A stretch of 64,000 nt of DNA, taken from the sequence record NC_070982.1; one strand, written 5' to 3'. This DNA comes from Escherichia phage vB_EcoP-101114UKE3. Every line of letters starts with the position of its first letter. Position 1 is the stretch's first letter. The notes below the pieces were generated by a model. It was not told where the DNA came from. It made no database searches and saw only the letters and a program-made list of their open reading frames with translations. Of this stretch, positions 10,412 to 21,673 are shown one piece after another. Made by a program: the position numbers and the translations under genes.

Positions 10412-11464
10412 ATGTCTCTTTTCGGTTCTGCTCCTAAATCTAAGACTACGGTAGCTCCGTCTTCTCAGGTTGATGCTCTTCTGAAACAGATTGTAGCAAA
10501 TGCTCAGGCTATGAATCAAAACGATCAAGGTTTTATTAATCGTAACATAGCAGGTTTTAATGAAAATCAAACAGCAGCTCTTTCTAATTTAGCAAATTCT
10601 AACACACTCAACCAACTCAGTCAGATGTACACCCCTAGAACTCAACAAGGGTTGGACCAGATGAATGAGTTGGCTCAGAAATATCAAAACCTAGTTAATA
10701 AGGGTGGTATCTCCGCTCAAGATGTTAATAATTTTAGCTCTGGACTGAATAACTCTGCACTAGCTAAGTCTACAGGTAAAGCTGCTGCTAATATATCTCT
10801 TGGTAATGGCTCTGATTCAGGTTCTCTGAGACGTGCTGCTGCTCAAGGTGCTGCTCTCTCTTCAGCGAATACAAATCTTTCTCGTTCTATTCAAGGTAAG
10901 AATATGGGTGTTAACACTCTTCTGAATAACAACTCCTATCAGCAAGGTTTGCTCAATGCTCAGTCTGGTTTAGCAAATCAGAACCTGAATCTAGGAGCTG
11001 CTGGGGTACAAGCTGGTCAACAGGCAATACATAATCAGCTCACTGCCGGGAATCTTCAACAGCAGCAAGATCAACTCCAAGCTAACAACAATTGGGAGAA
11101 TGCTATTGGCAATCAGCAGTATGGTTGGAATCAGCTTAACAATCAGCTTAATGTATTAAACTCAGTAAGTCCAATGGCTGGGTACACTATTACTAATAGA
11201 GGTGCTGCCCCTAATGCTTCACAACAAATCCTTGGTGCTGGGGTTACTGGTCTTGGTATTGCTGGTCGTCTAGGTGCTTTTACCCCTAACCAGCAAACTA
11301 CTAATGCTTGGAATTCGTACAATGCTTCTGGAGGTCAAGCTGGGATGGCTGGTCCTATGATTGGTGGCTCAAACCTGTCTCAACAGAACGGTCAGAGCAA
11401 CTGGTTATCTACCGCAGGGAGTAATATCTTAGGTGGTGTTCTAGGAGCCTTTGGAGCAAATTAA
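10412..11464 (+). CDS. internal virion protein, Q/N/S-rich
   Basis: low-complexity Q/N/G/S composition typical of podovirus internal core proteins; SD aaggagg. Confidence 0.45.
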   Translation: MSLFGSAPKSKTTVAPSSQVDALLKQIVANAQAMNQNDQGFINRNIAGFNENQTAALSNLANSNTLNQLSQMYTPRTQQGLDQMNELAQKYQNLVNKGGISAQDVNNFSSGLNNSALAKSTGKAAANISLGNGSDSGSLRRAAAQGAALSSANTNLSRSIQGKNMGVNTLLNNNSYQQGLLNAQSGLANQNLNLGAAGVQAGQQAIHNQLTAGNLQQQQDQLQANNNWENAIGNQQYGWNQLNNQLNVLNSVSPMAGYTITNRGAAPNASQQILGAGVTGLGIAGRLGAFTPNQQTTNAWNSYNASGGQAGMAGPMIGGSNLSQQNGQSNWLSTAGSNILGGVLGAFGAN

Positions 11465-11473
11465 GGAGGAGCT

Positions 11474-12442
11474 ATGGCTTTATTTGGTGGTGGGAGTAGC
11501 AAGACTACTTCTAAAATGACAAGACCTGACTACATTCAATCCTATATTGATCAGTTGGTCAATCAGGTTAATAACACTAGTTCAGGCGATTATGTGTATC
11601 GAGAAAATGTTGGACTTAATCAAAACCAGCAAGAAGCTCTGAATAATCTATCACAATCTGGTGCATTAGGTGCACTTTCTTCTCAGTATATGGATGCTGC
11701 TCAATCTGGCTTAGGTTATCTAGATAATGCATACTCTGGATATAACAACCTGTCTAACTCTGGTCAAATCACTGGGGAACAGATTGGTGCTCTTGCAGGC
11801 CAGCTCTATGACGATGAGGCTGTGCAAGCAGCTATTGCAGCGAATAATGAACAAACCCAACAGAGTTTGGCTAGGAATGCACTTCCTCAAATCTCTCAGC
11901 AGTTTGCTGGTCAGCAAGGTTCTGGTGCACGTATGGCTAAATCTTTTGCTCAGGGTGATGCTCTGAACCAGATGCAGAACACAGCAACTAATATTACTAA
12001 TAGTGCCTATGACTCCGCTCTAACTCAAGCACAGAACATTCTTTCTGGTAATAGACAAACACAAGCATCTGCTTTAGGTGGTTTATCTAACATTGGCTCC
12101 AATCTTGCTAATCTAGGAAACCAAGCTGGTCAGTTATCACAACAGCAAATGATGAATCAGTGGAATGCAGGACTGCAACAGCAGCAACAACAGCAGTCTG
12201 ATTTGAACAATGCTTATGAGAATGCTCAGAATGCTGCTAATTGGGGTTGGCAGGATATTAACAATCAACTAGGTGCTGCCGGGGTTCTTAATGGAGCTTT
12301 AGGGACAACCACAACTACTAAAACATCTGGTGGTAGTGGAGGCTTCCTAGGTGGTGCTGCGAGTGGTGCTGCTGCTGGTTCAGCTTTTGGCCCTTGGGGT
12401 GCTTTAGCTGGCGGTGTTATCGGTGGATTAGCTAGCTCTTAA
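11474..12442 (+). CDS. internal virion protein, Q/N-rich with Gly-rich C-terminus
   Basis: composition and operon position. Confidence 0.45.
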   Translation: MALFGGGSSKTTSKMTRPDYIQSYIDQLVNQVNNTSSGDYVYRENVGLNQNQQEALNNLSQSGALGALSSQYMDAAQSGLGYLDNAYSGYNNLSNSGQITGEQIGALAGQLYDDEAVQAAIAANNEQTQQSLARNALPQISQQFAGQQGSGARMAKSFAQGDALNQMQNTATNITNSAYDSALTQAQNILSGNRQTQASALGGLSNIGSNLANLGNQAGQLSQQQMMNQWNAGLQQQQQQQSDLNNAYENAQNAANWGWQDINNQLGAAGVLNGALGTTTTTKTSGGSGGFLGGAASGAAAGSAFGPWGALAGGVIGGLASS

Positions 12443-12456
12443 TTAGGAGAATAATT

Positions 12457-14124
12457 ATGCAACAAACTTCTTATGCGTATCTTCGCAGTCAAGACCCAAG
12501 AAATCAGATTTATGGTGTTAAACAAGGGGCCGCTTCGGCCTCTCCATACATGGCAAGACCTGCTTATCCAGCTGCTGATGTTTCTATGTATAACCGGAGA
12601 CCTCCTGCTTCTCCTGTAGGTTTGTCTTCTCTTGTTGCCAATGCTCAAGAAGACCAAGAAGCTATGTTAAATCCGGGATTTAGACAGCGCCTTATGGAAG
12701 CAGAGAATCAAGGAACTCCTACAAGCCTTCAGGGTATTGATATTGGTGAACCAGCTCCTGCTATGAATAACCCAGATCTATCCTCTGATGAGGGTCTACA
12801 AGCTGCTGGGTTGATGCCTAGTGACCCACTTCCTGTTACTCCTCCTCGTAAACCTCTGGAAGAAACAGATAAAGAGTTCTCTCCAGTTCAGGTGGAACAG
12901 GCTCAGAATGTTATTAACACTTTAGCTAATAGTAATCCAGCTCCTGAAGGTATGGCTGGTGCAACTCGTGCTAAAGATCAAGAACGTATTAATAATGATA
13001 TTATGGAAGTAGCTAAAGCTAAAGACCCAGCACAAGCTTGGAATGAGCTTCAGAAGCAACCGTTCTATCAGAAGTCTAGTTTCTACACTGGCTTAATGGG
13101 TGTTGGTCTTTCTATCATGTCAGGTAAATCCCCTATTGAAGCTTTCCAGATTGGTTCTGGCTTAGCTGCTCAGGATGAAACTAAACAACAACTAGAAGCC
13201 AATCGCGATGCTCTGTTAGAACAAGGCTACTCTCAAGATTCAGTTGCTGCTGCAATTGCTTCGGGAGATCCTTCTCTTCTCAAGATGCGTCAGATGAGTC
13301 CTCAGGAGAAAATGGCTCTTGCTGCTCAGGATGAAGAACGTGCCAATCGTGAGTGGGATAGACGTCAACAGATTCAAGAGAATTCGATGCGGGAACGTGC
13401 TGCTGAAACTCGTCGTGCTGCTGAAGAACGTGCTAATGCTCAGTTCGAGAAACAGAAAGAACTTATTGGATATCGTGATCAAGTTAAAGCAGAGCGTGCA
13501 GAGAAAGCTGCTCAGAGCTTTACTTTCAACCCTAAAGAAGTTCGTCTGGCTCAGAATACAGCAGAAGGTACTGTTGCTAAACAGTGGGCAGAAAAAGCAG
13601 GTCTGTTTAATCAGTCTCACAAAGACTTGGATTTAGCTGACAAAGCTATTAAAGATAAGGATTATCAAACTGCTCGTTCTGCTTACATGCAGGCTATCAT
13701 GAACTCCGCAAGGGCAGAAATTGGTGCTAACCGCTCTCTCCAAGCTGATGACTTGGCTCACTTTGCAGAAGACCCGTCAATCTTTGTTAAGGTTGGTAAT
13801 ACTTGGTCCCTTAAAGCAGGCTATCGTCCTTCTGATGCTGCTCTGTCATATGCTCGTAAGCAGGCAACTGTTGGTGCTACTTCCGCTGAGAAAGGTGTGA
13901 AGGATGCTAAGAAAGCAACAATTGAGGCATATATCGGTTCTGGTATGGATAAGAAACGAGCGACAGCTCTTGTCAACCGTGCTATTCCTTCTGCTGGTTT
14001 CTATGACCCATTCGGTACGTTTGAGAGTGAAGCTGAAGCAGCTGTTGGTGGAGATGCTACAAATCCTCGATTAACAGGTGCTCTTTCTTCTTCAGCGGCA
14101 GATACGAGTTGGATGTTCCAGTAA
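12457..14124 (+). CDS. internal virion/ejection protein
   Basis: 555 aa, Pro/Ala-rich N-terminus, E/K/R-rich helical centre; SD aggag. Confidence 0.45.
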   Translation: MQQTSYAYLRSQDPRNQIYGVKQGAASASPYMARPAYPAADVSMYNRRPPASPVGLSSLVANAQEDQEAMLNPGFRQRLMEAENQGTPTSLQGIDIGEPAPAMNNPDLSSDEGLQAAGLMPSDPLPVTPPRKPLEETDKEFSPVQVEQAQNVINTLANSNPAPEGMAGATRAKDQERINNDIMEVAKAKDPAQAWNELQKQPFYQKSSFYTGLMGVGLSIMSGKSPIEAFQIGSGLAAQDETKQQLEANRDALLEQGYSQDSVAAAIASGDPSLLKMRQMSPQEKMALAAQDEERANREWDRRQQIQENSMRERAAETRRAAEERANAQFEKQKELIGYRDQVKAERAEKAAQSFTFNPKEVRLAQNTAEGTVAKQWAEKAGLFNQSHKDLDLADKAIKDKDYQTARSAYMQAIMNSARAEIGANRSLQADDLAHFAEDPSIFVKVGNTWSLKAGYRPSDAALSYARKQATVGATSAEKGVKDAKKATIEAYIGSGMDKKRATALVNRAIPSAGFYDPFGTFESEAEAAVGGDATNPRLTGALSSSAADTSWMFQ

Positions 14125-14148
14125 TCTAAGACCTAAGTCCTATCTCTT

Positions 14149-14159
14149 ATAATGTATAT
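14149..14159 (+). promoter_or_regulatory. phage-specific promoter-like motif TAATGTATATA
   Basis: motif 36 nt upstream of ATG 14195; near-identical copies upstream of three minus-strand genes. Confidence 0.5.
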
Positions 14160-14194
14160 AGGAGGTAGGACATTTTTATTTATAAGGAGACGTT

Positions 14195-17100
14195 ATGGCT
14201 AATTTAAAATCGTGGGAAGAAGCTTCCAAAGCTCCTGCGTATCTGAACGCCTCTCCAGAGCAACAGGCTCAAATGAGAGAACAATACAAGGCAGCAGGGG
14301 GCACTATTCCTGAGACTCAACCACAAGAGCAACCACAACAAGAAGAACGAGGTGCTATTGGGGAGTTTGCTCAAGGTGTGTCTAACGCTCTTCAATCAGG
14401 TGGTGCTAACATTGCAGCTAGTGCTGCTAAAGGTTTAGGTGGGCTGGTAGAGATTGGTGAAAACTTAACTGGTTCGGAAACAAGCTATGGTAAGCGCATT
14501 CAAGAGAACTCTAAACAGTTGCTGGAAGAACGCTTATCTAAGATAGAAGATGGTTTTGGTAAAACAGCTGGTCAGTATGCTGGTGTTGCTGCTGATATTG
14601 GTTTGACAGTTGCAAACCCTGCTGTTGCTGCTGCTGTTATCGCAGCTCGTGAAACAGGTCGTGCTTATGCTGATCAAACTCCTAAAGAAGATGAAGATAA
14701 ATCAGTCTTAGATGCTGCTCTTGTTGGTGGTGCTAACTACGCTGCTCAGAAGATCCTTCCGGGCATGACTGGTACAGCTTCTACTACTCTTGGTCGTGTA
14801 GGACAAAGCGTAGCCTCTAACGCAGTTGCTGGTGCTAAGGGTGGTGCTATTGTTGGTGCTGCTGAAGCTCAGAACAAATATGGGGATGACACTACTCTAG
14901 CTAACGTATTAGAAGGGGCTATTGAAGAGGGTGCACTCGGTGCTGCTTATGGTGGGGCGATTGGTGGGGTTCATGGGTTAATAAGCCGTCCTAGCCCTCA
15001 AGTGTTTGATCGTACTCCTGAGCATGTTAAGACTGACATTGCTGCTGAAGATGAGGCTATTCGTAAAGCTGCTAACGCTGATGAACTTCGTGAAGCCTAT
15101 GCTAAAGCTGAGAATGCTAATGCTGCCTCTGCTTTAAACCTTCTGGATGAAAATGGTTTCCGAATCACAGATGCAGTTGCTATGGACTCTCCTGCTGTTC
15201 AGCGTATATTAAATACAGACCAAAGTCGTGCAGAGAAAGCTGCTACGGTTCAGAAAGATAGCTCTAATGTTCCCGGTCTCAATCCTCTCGCTTCTCCTAA
15301 GAAGACTCAAGGTAAAGCTTTTGCTGACAATGAGTACAACCAGAAACAAGCTGTGGCAATGAAAGATGCAATGGCTGACTACACTAAAGATAACACCAAA
15401 GCCCTTACTGATGTTCTAGACAACCTAGACCGAGAGTTAGTAGCTCTGAGAGCAAGTGGTGATTTTACTGGTAGTGCTATTGACATTAAAAACCGTACTC
15501 AAGCTGATCGTGATTTTATTGATGCTTATAAAACTTTTTACAGTGAAGCTAATCGTTTCAAAGCTCGTGATGGTGAAGACCTAAACAACTTCATTGATAA
15601 AGCTACTCAGTTGCAGAAGCTATCTGAAAATGTTTCTCCAGAAATGAAGAAGGCCATTGGTGGATTAAAGAAACTAAAAGGTATGCCTGAAGGTTTTAAC
15701 CCTATCCAAGATGCTTTCACTCTGAATAATACAGCTAAGTTCATGAGTAACCAAGACCGTGGTTGGACCTCTCTGACTGATGACGGTTTTCGTGAAGCTC
15801 CGGCTCCTGTGTTAGTTAAGAATCCTCTCGGTGCAGCCAAGTATGTACTTAACCGCTTTACTTCCGATCGTGCTCGTGCTCAACGTGAGAAGCAACAGTC
15901 AGCTAATAGTGAAGCTATCCGCTCTTTGGCTAGGGCTGATTTAGAAGTACAACGAGCTAGGACTCAGGCTGAAGAAGCAAGAGCAAAAATGGAAGAAGAA
16001 CCAACCACAGAAGACATCAAATTCCGTACTCAAAATGATGCACCTTCCGAACCGGTTCGTGAGGAGCCTTCTGCTACTACTGTGACGGAAGAAATTCCGT
16101 CCTCTCCAGCTCCAACTGAAACACCTCTTACTGCGAGGGATTTGGTTGCTCAAAGACGTGCTCTCCAACAAGCAGAGCTTAGACGTCAAGAAGCTGAAGC
16201 TGCTCAGGCTCAAGAAAGTGCTACACCAGAACCTGAACCACAGCAAGAAGCTCTTACAGCTAGAGAATTAGTAGCTCAGCGTAGGGCTGTAGCAGAGGCT
16301 AAGAAACGTCAAGAGGCAGAAGAAGCAGAACGTGCTAAAGAAGCTCCTGAGGAAGCCGTAGAAGAGCCTAAAGAGAAACCTGAGCCATTACCTGCTCGTG
16401 CTCCTAAAGCTCCTGAGAAGGCTCCTGAGCCTGTTAAACCGTCACTTGGTGTAGAGCGTCTAGCTTCTATGTCAACTGCTGCTCGTCAAGCAACGAAAGA
16501 CCGTGCTGATCGATTTGCTCGTTCTTTGTATTCGGCTGCTGCTAAAGCTAAAGCCACTGCGGAAAATTTCCTTTCTTACAAGGGAGATCCTAAAGAGCTT
16601 ATGCGTCGTATCCGTCAGGAAGACCAAGCAAACAACACACAGCGTCATGAAGAGATGGCTAGAAACCAACTAGCTTCACAGCAAGGCATTGCTTCTGCTA
16701 AATCTCAACATGTTCGTGCTTCTTTTGCTGATTGGGTGAAAGAACGTGGGTTGCCTTCTGATATTGCTACTAAGGCTTTACGGGCTGAAGAGAAAGGTTT
16801 AGGTGGGAACGTCACAAGTCTAGATTCACTGAAGCGAAGAGCTGAGCGTTTATATCAGAAACAAAGAGATGATGAGTTTGACCGTCTCTATCGAGAGGCT
16901 CTGGAAGAGAATAAAGCTTTTGATAAGAGAGATGCTCCTAAACTGGTAGACCAGAAGAAAGAGCTTCAGGATGAAATTGGTGCGTTGCTTGATGCTGAAC
17001 CGTTACGTCCTGCTCAGAAAGATGCTATGCGTAGGATTATGGAAGACTTCGTGGAGAGTAAGTTTAAATCTTCAGAGAAAGCTGGAAGGGTTGAGGCTTT

Positions 17101-18640
17101 GGAAGTTGGTCAGATGAAGGATGTGTGGGATGGGTTTATTAATACCTATAACCGAGAAGTTAACATGTTCAACAAGGCTAACAAGAATTCTCAATACGAA
17201 GCAGCAGCTAAACACTTGCAAGCACGTCAAGAACGTCTTGAGACGCTCCGTAACAGAGCTAAAGCTCGCAGTGATGCTAAGGCAGCCATGGAGGCTGAGA
17301 AGCAGTCCTTGGAGGCTATAGCGGCTCAGAAATCAGAGATAGAGAAGATGTTCAAAGAATTGCCTGAAAGTGTCAGAGAGGCTCAGGAAGGGCGTACTTT
17401 GAAACAGCTTGCTGCTCACCATGATAAGAACTCTCCAGTACCACCAGAGCGTTTCCGTAGTATCATTGAACGTATTCACAACGCTGAGAGTGATTACCTC
17501 GATCGCAAACGTCGTTTGACCGAAGCAGAGGAAGATGCTCGTGAAGCTAAGTGGAATAGGATGTATGAACAGGCTGAGGAAATGAACCGTAAGTTTGATA
17601 TCGATGCTAGAGTGAAGAGAGATAAGGCTCTGAAGGAAGCTCAAGAACGAGAGAATGACTTAATGGCAGTTCAACGTCAGCGTGACGACATTCATAAGCG
17701 TTTGGTCAATACTCTGGAAGAGAAGGGAGTTTCTAGAGAAGATGCTGAAGCATATGCTGGGTCTTATATGGATAATCGGTATGCTTTGTTAGAGAAACCA
17801 ATGACTCCAGTGGAACATCAGAATGCTCGTGCTCGTATCGAATCTGACGTAGAGAAGTTTGTTAAGAAATACGAAACAGCTACTCCAATCGAAAGAGAGA
17901 TTGCTAAAGCAACTGGTGATGCAGATGGGAAACCTTCTGACTTAGATGCAGAAACATTAAAAGCTATCGAAGATGCTCGTAAAGTTGATTCCGATTTTAA
18001 GAAACTCTTAGATGAAGAGAAGGAAATGGAGAAGATTCGTTCAGCTCTACCTGAAGATGAAAGATCTCAGGCGAACTCTGATATTCTGGAAAGTATTAAG
18101 AAACAGGAAGATGATTTTGCTAGCAAAGCAGAGAAAGCTTTTATTGAAGGGAAGGACTTGCAGGAGTTAGCGAGTGTTGCAGAAGTTCTAGATAGGGTTC
18201 ATGGTGCAGACAAGGCTGGTAACAACCGTCGATTTGTACGTGCTCTACAGACTGCTGCCGAGAACAAGAAACGTTATGGGGATAATCCAGTGGCTTGGTT
18301 TAGTGCTGATGATTACTCTGCTATTGCGAAACTTGGTGCTGCTTCGGCAGGTGGTAACAAATCTCGAGCACTTGAGAAAATCTTTGGTTCTACAGCAGAA
18401 CAAGCTAAAGGGAAACTTTTAGGGCGGGATGATGTAGCTAAGATTAGACGTGTGATTGAAGCGAATCCCAATGTTAAGATTCCTTCTTACAAGACAACTA
18501 CTCGACAAGAGTACATGCAGTTCTTGGAGAAGTATAATGACGAGGGAGAGTTGAAAGTCAAACGTGGTTCTCTGTCTGACAAGTTGGAGAGAGGTAAGCG
18601 TCAAGCTAAACTCCGTGTTAGAGTTCGAGCTAAGGAGTAA
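14195..18640 (+). CDS. very large internal virion/DNA-ejection protein (1481 aa)
   Basis: A/E/K/R-rich with long predicted coiled coils and repeated QRRA..EA segments; last gene of late operon. Confidence 0.55.
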   Translation: MANLKSWEEASKAPAYLNASPEQQAQMREQYKAAGGTIPETQPQEQPQQEERGAIGEFAQGVSNALQSGGANIAASAAKGLGGLVEIGENLTGSETSYGKRIQENSKQLLEERLSKIEDGFGKTAGQYAGVAADIGLTVANPAVAAAVIAARETGRAYADQTPKEDEDKSVLDAALVGGANYAAQKILPGMTGTASTTLGRVGQSVASNAVAGAKGGAIVGAAEAQNKYGDDTTLANVLEGAIEEGALGAAYGGAIGGVHGLISRPSPQVFDRTPEHVKTDIAAEDEAIRKAANADELREAYAKAENANAASALNLLDENGFRITDAVAMDSPAVQRILNTDQSRAEKAATVQKDSSNVPGLNPLASPKKTQGKAFADNEYNQKQAVAMKDAMADYTKDNTKALTDVLDNLDRELVALRASGDFTGSAIDIKNRTQADRDFIDAYKTFYSEANRFKARDGEDLNNFIDKATQLQKLSENVSPEMKKAIGGLKKLKGMPEGFNPIQDAFTLNNTAKFMSNQDRGWTSLTDDGFREAPAPVLVKNPLGAAKYVLNRFTSDRARAQREKQQSANSEAIRSLARADLEVQRARTQAEEARAKMEEEPTTEDIKFRTQNDAPSEPVREEPSATTVTEEIPSSPAPTETPLTARDLVAQRRALQQAELRRQEAEAAQAQESATPEPEPQQEALTARELVAQRRAVAEAKKRQEAEEAERAKEAPEEAVEEPKEKPEPLPARAPKAPEKAPEPVKPSLGVERLASMSTAARQATKDRADRFARSLYSAAAKAKATAENFLSYKGDPKELMRRIRQEDQANNTQRHEEMARNQLASQQGIASAKSQHVRASFADWVKERGLPSDIATKALRAEEKGLGGNVTSLDSLKRRAERLYQKQRDDEFDRLYREALEENKAFDKRDAPKLVDQKKELQDEIGALLDAEPLRPAQKDAMRRIMEDFVESKFKSSEKAGRVEALEVGQMKDVWDGFINTYNREVNMFNKANKNSQYEAAAKHLQARQERLETLRNRAKARSDAKAAMEAEKQSLEAIAAQKSEIEKMFKELPESVREAQEGRTLKQLAAHHDKNSPVPPERFRSIIERIHNAESDYLDRKRRLTEAEEDAREAKWNRMYEQAEEMNRKFDIDARVKRDKALKEAQERENDLMAVQRQRDDIHKRLVNTLEEKGVSREDAEAYAGSYMDNRYALLEKPMTPVEHQNARARIESDVEKFVKKYETATPIEREIAKATGDADGKPSDLDAETLKAIEDARKVDSDFKKLLDEEKEMEKIRSALPEDERSQANSDILESIKKQEDDFASKAEKAFIEGKDLQELASVAEVLDRVHGADKAGNNRRFVRALQTAAENKKRYGDNPVAWFSADDYSAIAKLGAASAGGNKSRALEKIFGSTAEQAKGKLLGRDDVAKIRRVIEANPNVKIPSYKTTTRQEYMQFLEKYNDEGELKVKRGSLSDKLERGKRQAKLRVRVRAKE

Positions 18641-18648
18641 ACAAGAAA

Positions 18649-18690
18649 AGCCCCCAACCTGTAAAAAGGAAGGGGGCTTCTTTATTTCTA
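18649..18690. terminator. bidirectional terminator at convergence of plus and minus transcription
   Basis: gccccc...gggggc hairpin flanked by T-run on plus strand and gcttttcttg on minus strand. Confidence 0.5.
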
Positions 18691-18757
18691 GATGTTAGAA
18701 TCCATCAAATTCATCATACATCCCAATTTTCTTCTTCAAAGTCAATCATAAAACCTC

Positions 18758-19057
18758 CTAGATTAAATCGTAATACTTAATAATATCAGAGAGCTTAAAC
18801 TCTCTAATGTCATTCTTGTCATTATCCCAAGCAGTCATTATCCAACAAGGTTTGCCCCCATTATGATAAGGGGAAGAAGCAACTGAGGTTCGTATAGGAA
18901 TAACGGAGCGGTCTGCAATCTCGCCTCTCCAATTACGATAGCTAAAGCGAAGAATTTGTTTCGTAGATACTTGATCATTTGTGCTTTCCTTGTTCATTGA
19001 TTCAAAGACTTCTTTTTCTTCAGGAGTCTCTAGATTTTTTAAATTCACGTCTTGCAT
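18758..19057 (-). CDS. hypothetical protein
   Basis: ATG 19057 (MQDVNL) with AGAGGA SD; track start 19180 would overlap HNH gene by 160 nt. Confidence 0.4.
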   Translation of the reverse strand: MQDVNLKNLETPEEKEVFESMNKESTNDQVSTKQILRFSYRNWRGEIADRSVIPIRTSVASSPYHNGGKPCWIMTAWDNDKNDIREFKLSDIIKYYDLI

Positions 19058-19424
19058 CGTTTTCCTCTTTAGTTTTAATCTTATGGCATGGTTCTTTACA
19101 TAAGACCTGAAAGCCATCTTTCTCAACCAAAGCTCTCTCAATAATCTCATCCCAAGTAGCTTCATGGTCCACTGGAACAATAGGCTCGATGTGGTCGACA
19201 GCCACCTCTTTCAGAGGAGAGTCATTACCGCACATGGCACACTTGTAGTGCATTGCCAGCTTGCCAGTCTTAGGATTGATTTTACGTTCTGTCTGAGCTT
19301 CTTTGAGAGCATCAAACATAGGCTTCCACTTTCTAGTCAGAGAACGAATCCCTGACTTAATGAAGGAGTTGTAACGTGCTTCAGTCCACTGATTTGAACA
19401 TCTTGTCTTCTCAGCCTTCGCCAT
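19020..19424 (-). CDS. HNH endonuclease
   Basis: CAMCG...VDHIEPI...CKEPCH zinc/HNH motifs. Confidence 0.6.
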   Translation of the reverse strand: MAKAEKTRCSNQWTEARYNSFIKSGIRSLTRKWKPMFDALKEAQTERKINPKTGKLAMHYKCAMCGNDSPLKEVAVDHIEPIVPVDHEATWDEIIERALVEKDGFQVLCKEPCHKIKTKEENDARREFKKSRDS

Positions 19425-19602
19425 AACCTACATCCATATCAGCGTCTTCCCAAATGCGTTTATTGACTCGGTGTGATTCTTTATCAGCACGAGGGATACG
19501 ACCTGTGCGACGATCAAATGCTTGGTGCTTAATCTTTTGATCTTTACGAGATTCACGAGTAGAGAAGTTTTCATCATACGAACGATAGTCAAATTTACCC
19601 AT
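19411..19602 (-). CDS. hypothetical basic protein
   Basis: ORF with coupled start/stop. Confidence 0.3.
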   Translation of the reverse strand: MGKFDYRSYDENFSTRESRKDQKIKHQAFDRRTGRIPRADKESHRVNKRIWEDADMDVGYGEG

Positions 19603-19612
19603 TATAATATCC

Positions 19613-20461
19613 TTATTCCCAAGTTTTATCTAACCATGACCAATCAAAGAGGTCACCTTCAGCTTGTCCAACGAAGAGCAATCGAGCGTTTTCTAACATC
19701 TTATCTTCTGCTTCTTCCTCGAACCTCTTATAGTATTCCATTCGTATAATATGATAAAGAGTCCACTTATCGAATACCTTCTCAATAAGTTTGATTGCAG
19801 CCTTGCTACCAATGCCTTTACGGCGCATAACCAAGTTGCCACCCCACATCATTTCAACCTTCTCACCACAACCGGGAATATTATCTGTATTATCCCCAAT
19901 CAACATTTGGTAGAAGAAATTCTGCCATGCTACTTCTTCTGATACATAATGAGGAGGTACTTCTTTCTGTCTTTCTCCACAAGCCCAACGATAATGCCAT
20001 CCGGGAGTGATTAACAAATCTTTATCACGAGTACAGATAATCGTATTCTTATCTCGTCTCTGTCTTTCAGCTAGGGCATCATCTGCCTCTCTCCCAAAGA
20101 CTTCTACATACTCGTAATTTTCTTTAATATAATCACTAACGTTCTGCCAGTGGTGGGGTCTTTCTCCCGGTGGGCGATTAGCTTTGTAGCCTTGCTGTTT
20201 AGCAATGTTAAATCGAAAGTTACCACCTTCACTGAAGTAAAAGATTGTTTTCTCACAACCTGACCTTGCAATGATTACATCAATTTTGTGTTGAAGTCGT
20301 TCAATCAAGAATCCATAATCAACTGGAACACGACCTGTGTCTAGAAAAGGATGCTCTTGTGTAAGAGCACCGACTTCATATCGCAGAACATCTGCATCCA
20401 CAATTGCTACTTCAGGATAGATTACATCAGACATAGAGTTCTCTCCGTGTCCGTACAACAA
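19613..20461 (-). CDS. 5'-3' exonuclease/flap endonuclease
   Basis: N-terminal VAIVDADVL and H3TH-like GIGSKAAIKLIEKV motifs. Confidence 0.7.
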   Translation of the reverse strand: MLYGHGENSMSDVIYPEVAIVDADVLRYEVGALTQEHPFLDTGRVPVDYGFLIERLQHKIDVIIARSGCEKTIFYFSEGGNFRFNIAKQQGYKANRPPGERPHHWQNVSDYIKENYEYVEVFGREADDALAERQRRDKNTIICTRDKDLLITPGWHYRWACGERQKEVPPHYVSEEVAWQNFFYQMLIGDNTDNIPGCGEKVEMMWGGNLVMRRKGIGSKAAIKLIEKVFDKWTLYHIIRMEYYKRFEEEAEDKMLENARLLFVGQAEGDLFDWSWLDKTWE

Positions 20462-21023
20462 TCCAGTTTAAATAATCTACTGCATCTTCTACAGTAGAAT
20501 TATTCGCTAGGTAGTATGTATTTCTCTGACTACCTTCAATGTAGGAACGAGAATCTCCTTTAAAATCACAACCTTCACGAATCACCTGAATTACCTGAAC
20601 ATGGAAATGTTTCTCTAGTTCTTCAACTTCGGCTTTGAACCCACCATCAGAGAAGACGATAACATCATTCTGTGATGGGATACGTTGTTGAATACTGCTA
20701 ACAGCAAGTTTACCCATGCAGGTCTCACCAAACATAGGCTTCAGGTAATTCTCGCTAGTTGCAATCATCAAGTCTCGAACTGACTTACCGTCCCATTCAG
20801 GACGGCTATGTTCTTTCCACTCACGATCGTTGTACAGCTCCATGAACTCATAAAGAGGTAGACCTAATGCAGCAGCAGCCACTCGATACATAGGCTCCTT
20901 AAAAGCCTTTACATGAGGCCTAAACTCGGTGTTACCAAGTGTTTTCTCTAACCAAGAATTAGCGATTGTATCTTTACCACAACCCGGTGGTCCATTCAGA
21001 ATTACTACTAATGGTTTACTCAT
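20427..21023 (-). CDS. P-loop deoxynucleoside monophosphate kinase
   Basis: Walker A GPPGCGKDT; size and context. Confidence 0.55.
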   Translation of the reverse strand: MSKPLVVILNGPPGCGKDTIANSWLEKTLGNTEFRPHVKAFKEPMYRVAAAALGLPLYEFMELYNDREWKEHSRPEWDGKSVRDLMIATSENYLKPMFGETCMGKLAVSSIQQRIPSQNDVIVFSDGGFKAEVEELEKHFHVQVIQVIREGCDFKGDSRSYIEGSQRNTYYLANNSTVEDAVDYLNWIVVRTRRELYV

Positions 21024-21673
21024 TATTGAATCATCCCTTGAAGATCTTCTTTATCAAAGTGCTTCTCTACTACCGCTTCATACAGATCACGATTCTCTGA
21101 ATAACGACGATAGAAGGTTCCGTGTGAAATTCCCAACTCTTGCTGGATGTGATCATGTGGGATGCCGAGAAAGAGCATTGAGAACATGCTTGCCATCTTA
21201 CGGTTTTCCATAATGTCACTCAGGTCTTGGAAGAAGAAAAAGATTCTAGATTCCAAGAACGGGTCTCCAGTAGAATCATGCTTATCCATCGCAATCTCTA
21301 AAGGACTTTCCCATGAATTCATCTCAGGAGGTCTAAACATATCAGCCTCTGGAATAGAGTAGATACGTCGGTCTCCAACTGTCTGGCGATTAGAACGAAT
21401 CGACCAGATGATATTCTTGACACGATAAGTCATGTGCTCAATATCTTTTTCATCAGTGAGCAGAAGTTCTTCTTGCTTTGCAAACACAAAACGCCAAGCG
21501 TTCAGTAATACTTCCTGAGCAACATCCTCTGCCTCGTGATAGTCTTTAATGTCATACATAAAATACTTATGCACAACTTTCCAATTCTCTCGATAGAATT
21601 CATCGAAGGTTGGGTAGTACTTAATAGGTATGCCATGAATACGATAGCGTGTGGGTGTTGTCTTTTTCTTCAT
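21023..21673 (-). CDS. phage ECF-like sigma factor
   Basis: region-2-like [16 protein letters not shown] and C-terminal [24 protein letters not shown]. Confidence 0.65.
   Translation of the reverse strand: MKKKTTPTRYRIHGIPIKYYPTFDEFYRENWKVVHKYFMYDIKDYHEAEDVAQEVLLNAWRFVFAKQEELLLTDEKDIEHMTYRVKNIIWSIRSNRQTVGDRRIYSIPEADMFRPPEMNSWESPLEIAMDKHDSTGDPFLESRIFFFFQDLSDIMENRKMASMFSMLFLGIPHDHIQQELGISHGTFYRRYSENRDLYEAVVEKHFDKEDLQGMIQ

Noticed and set aside
12520-12540. GC hairpin resembling the late-operon terminators
   Set aside because: Lies inside the coding region just after the well-supported start at 12457 and has no T-run.
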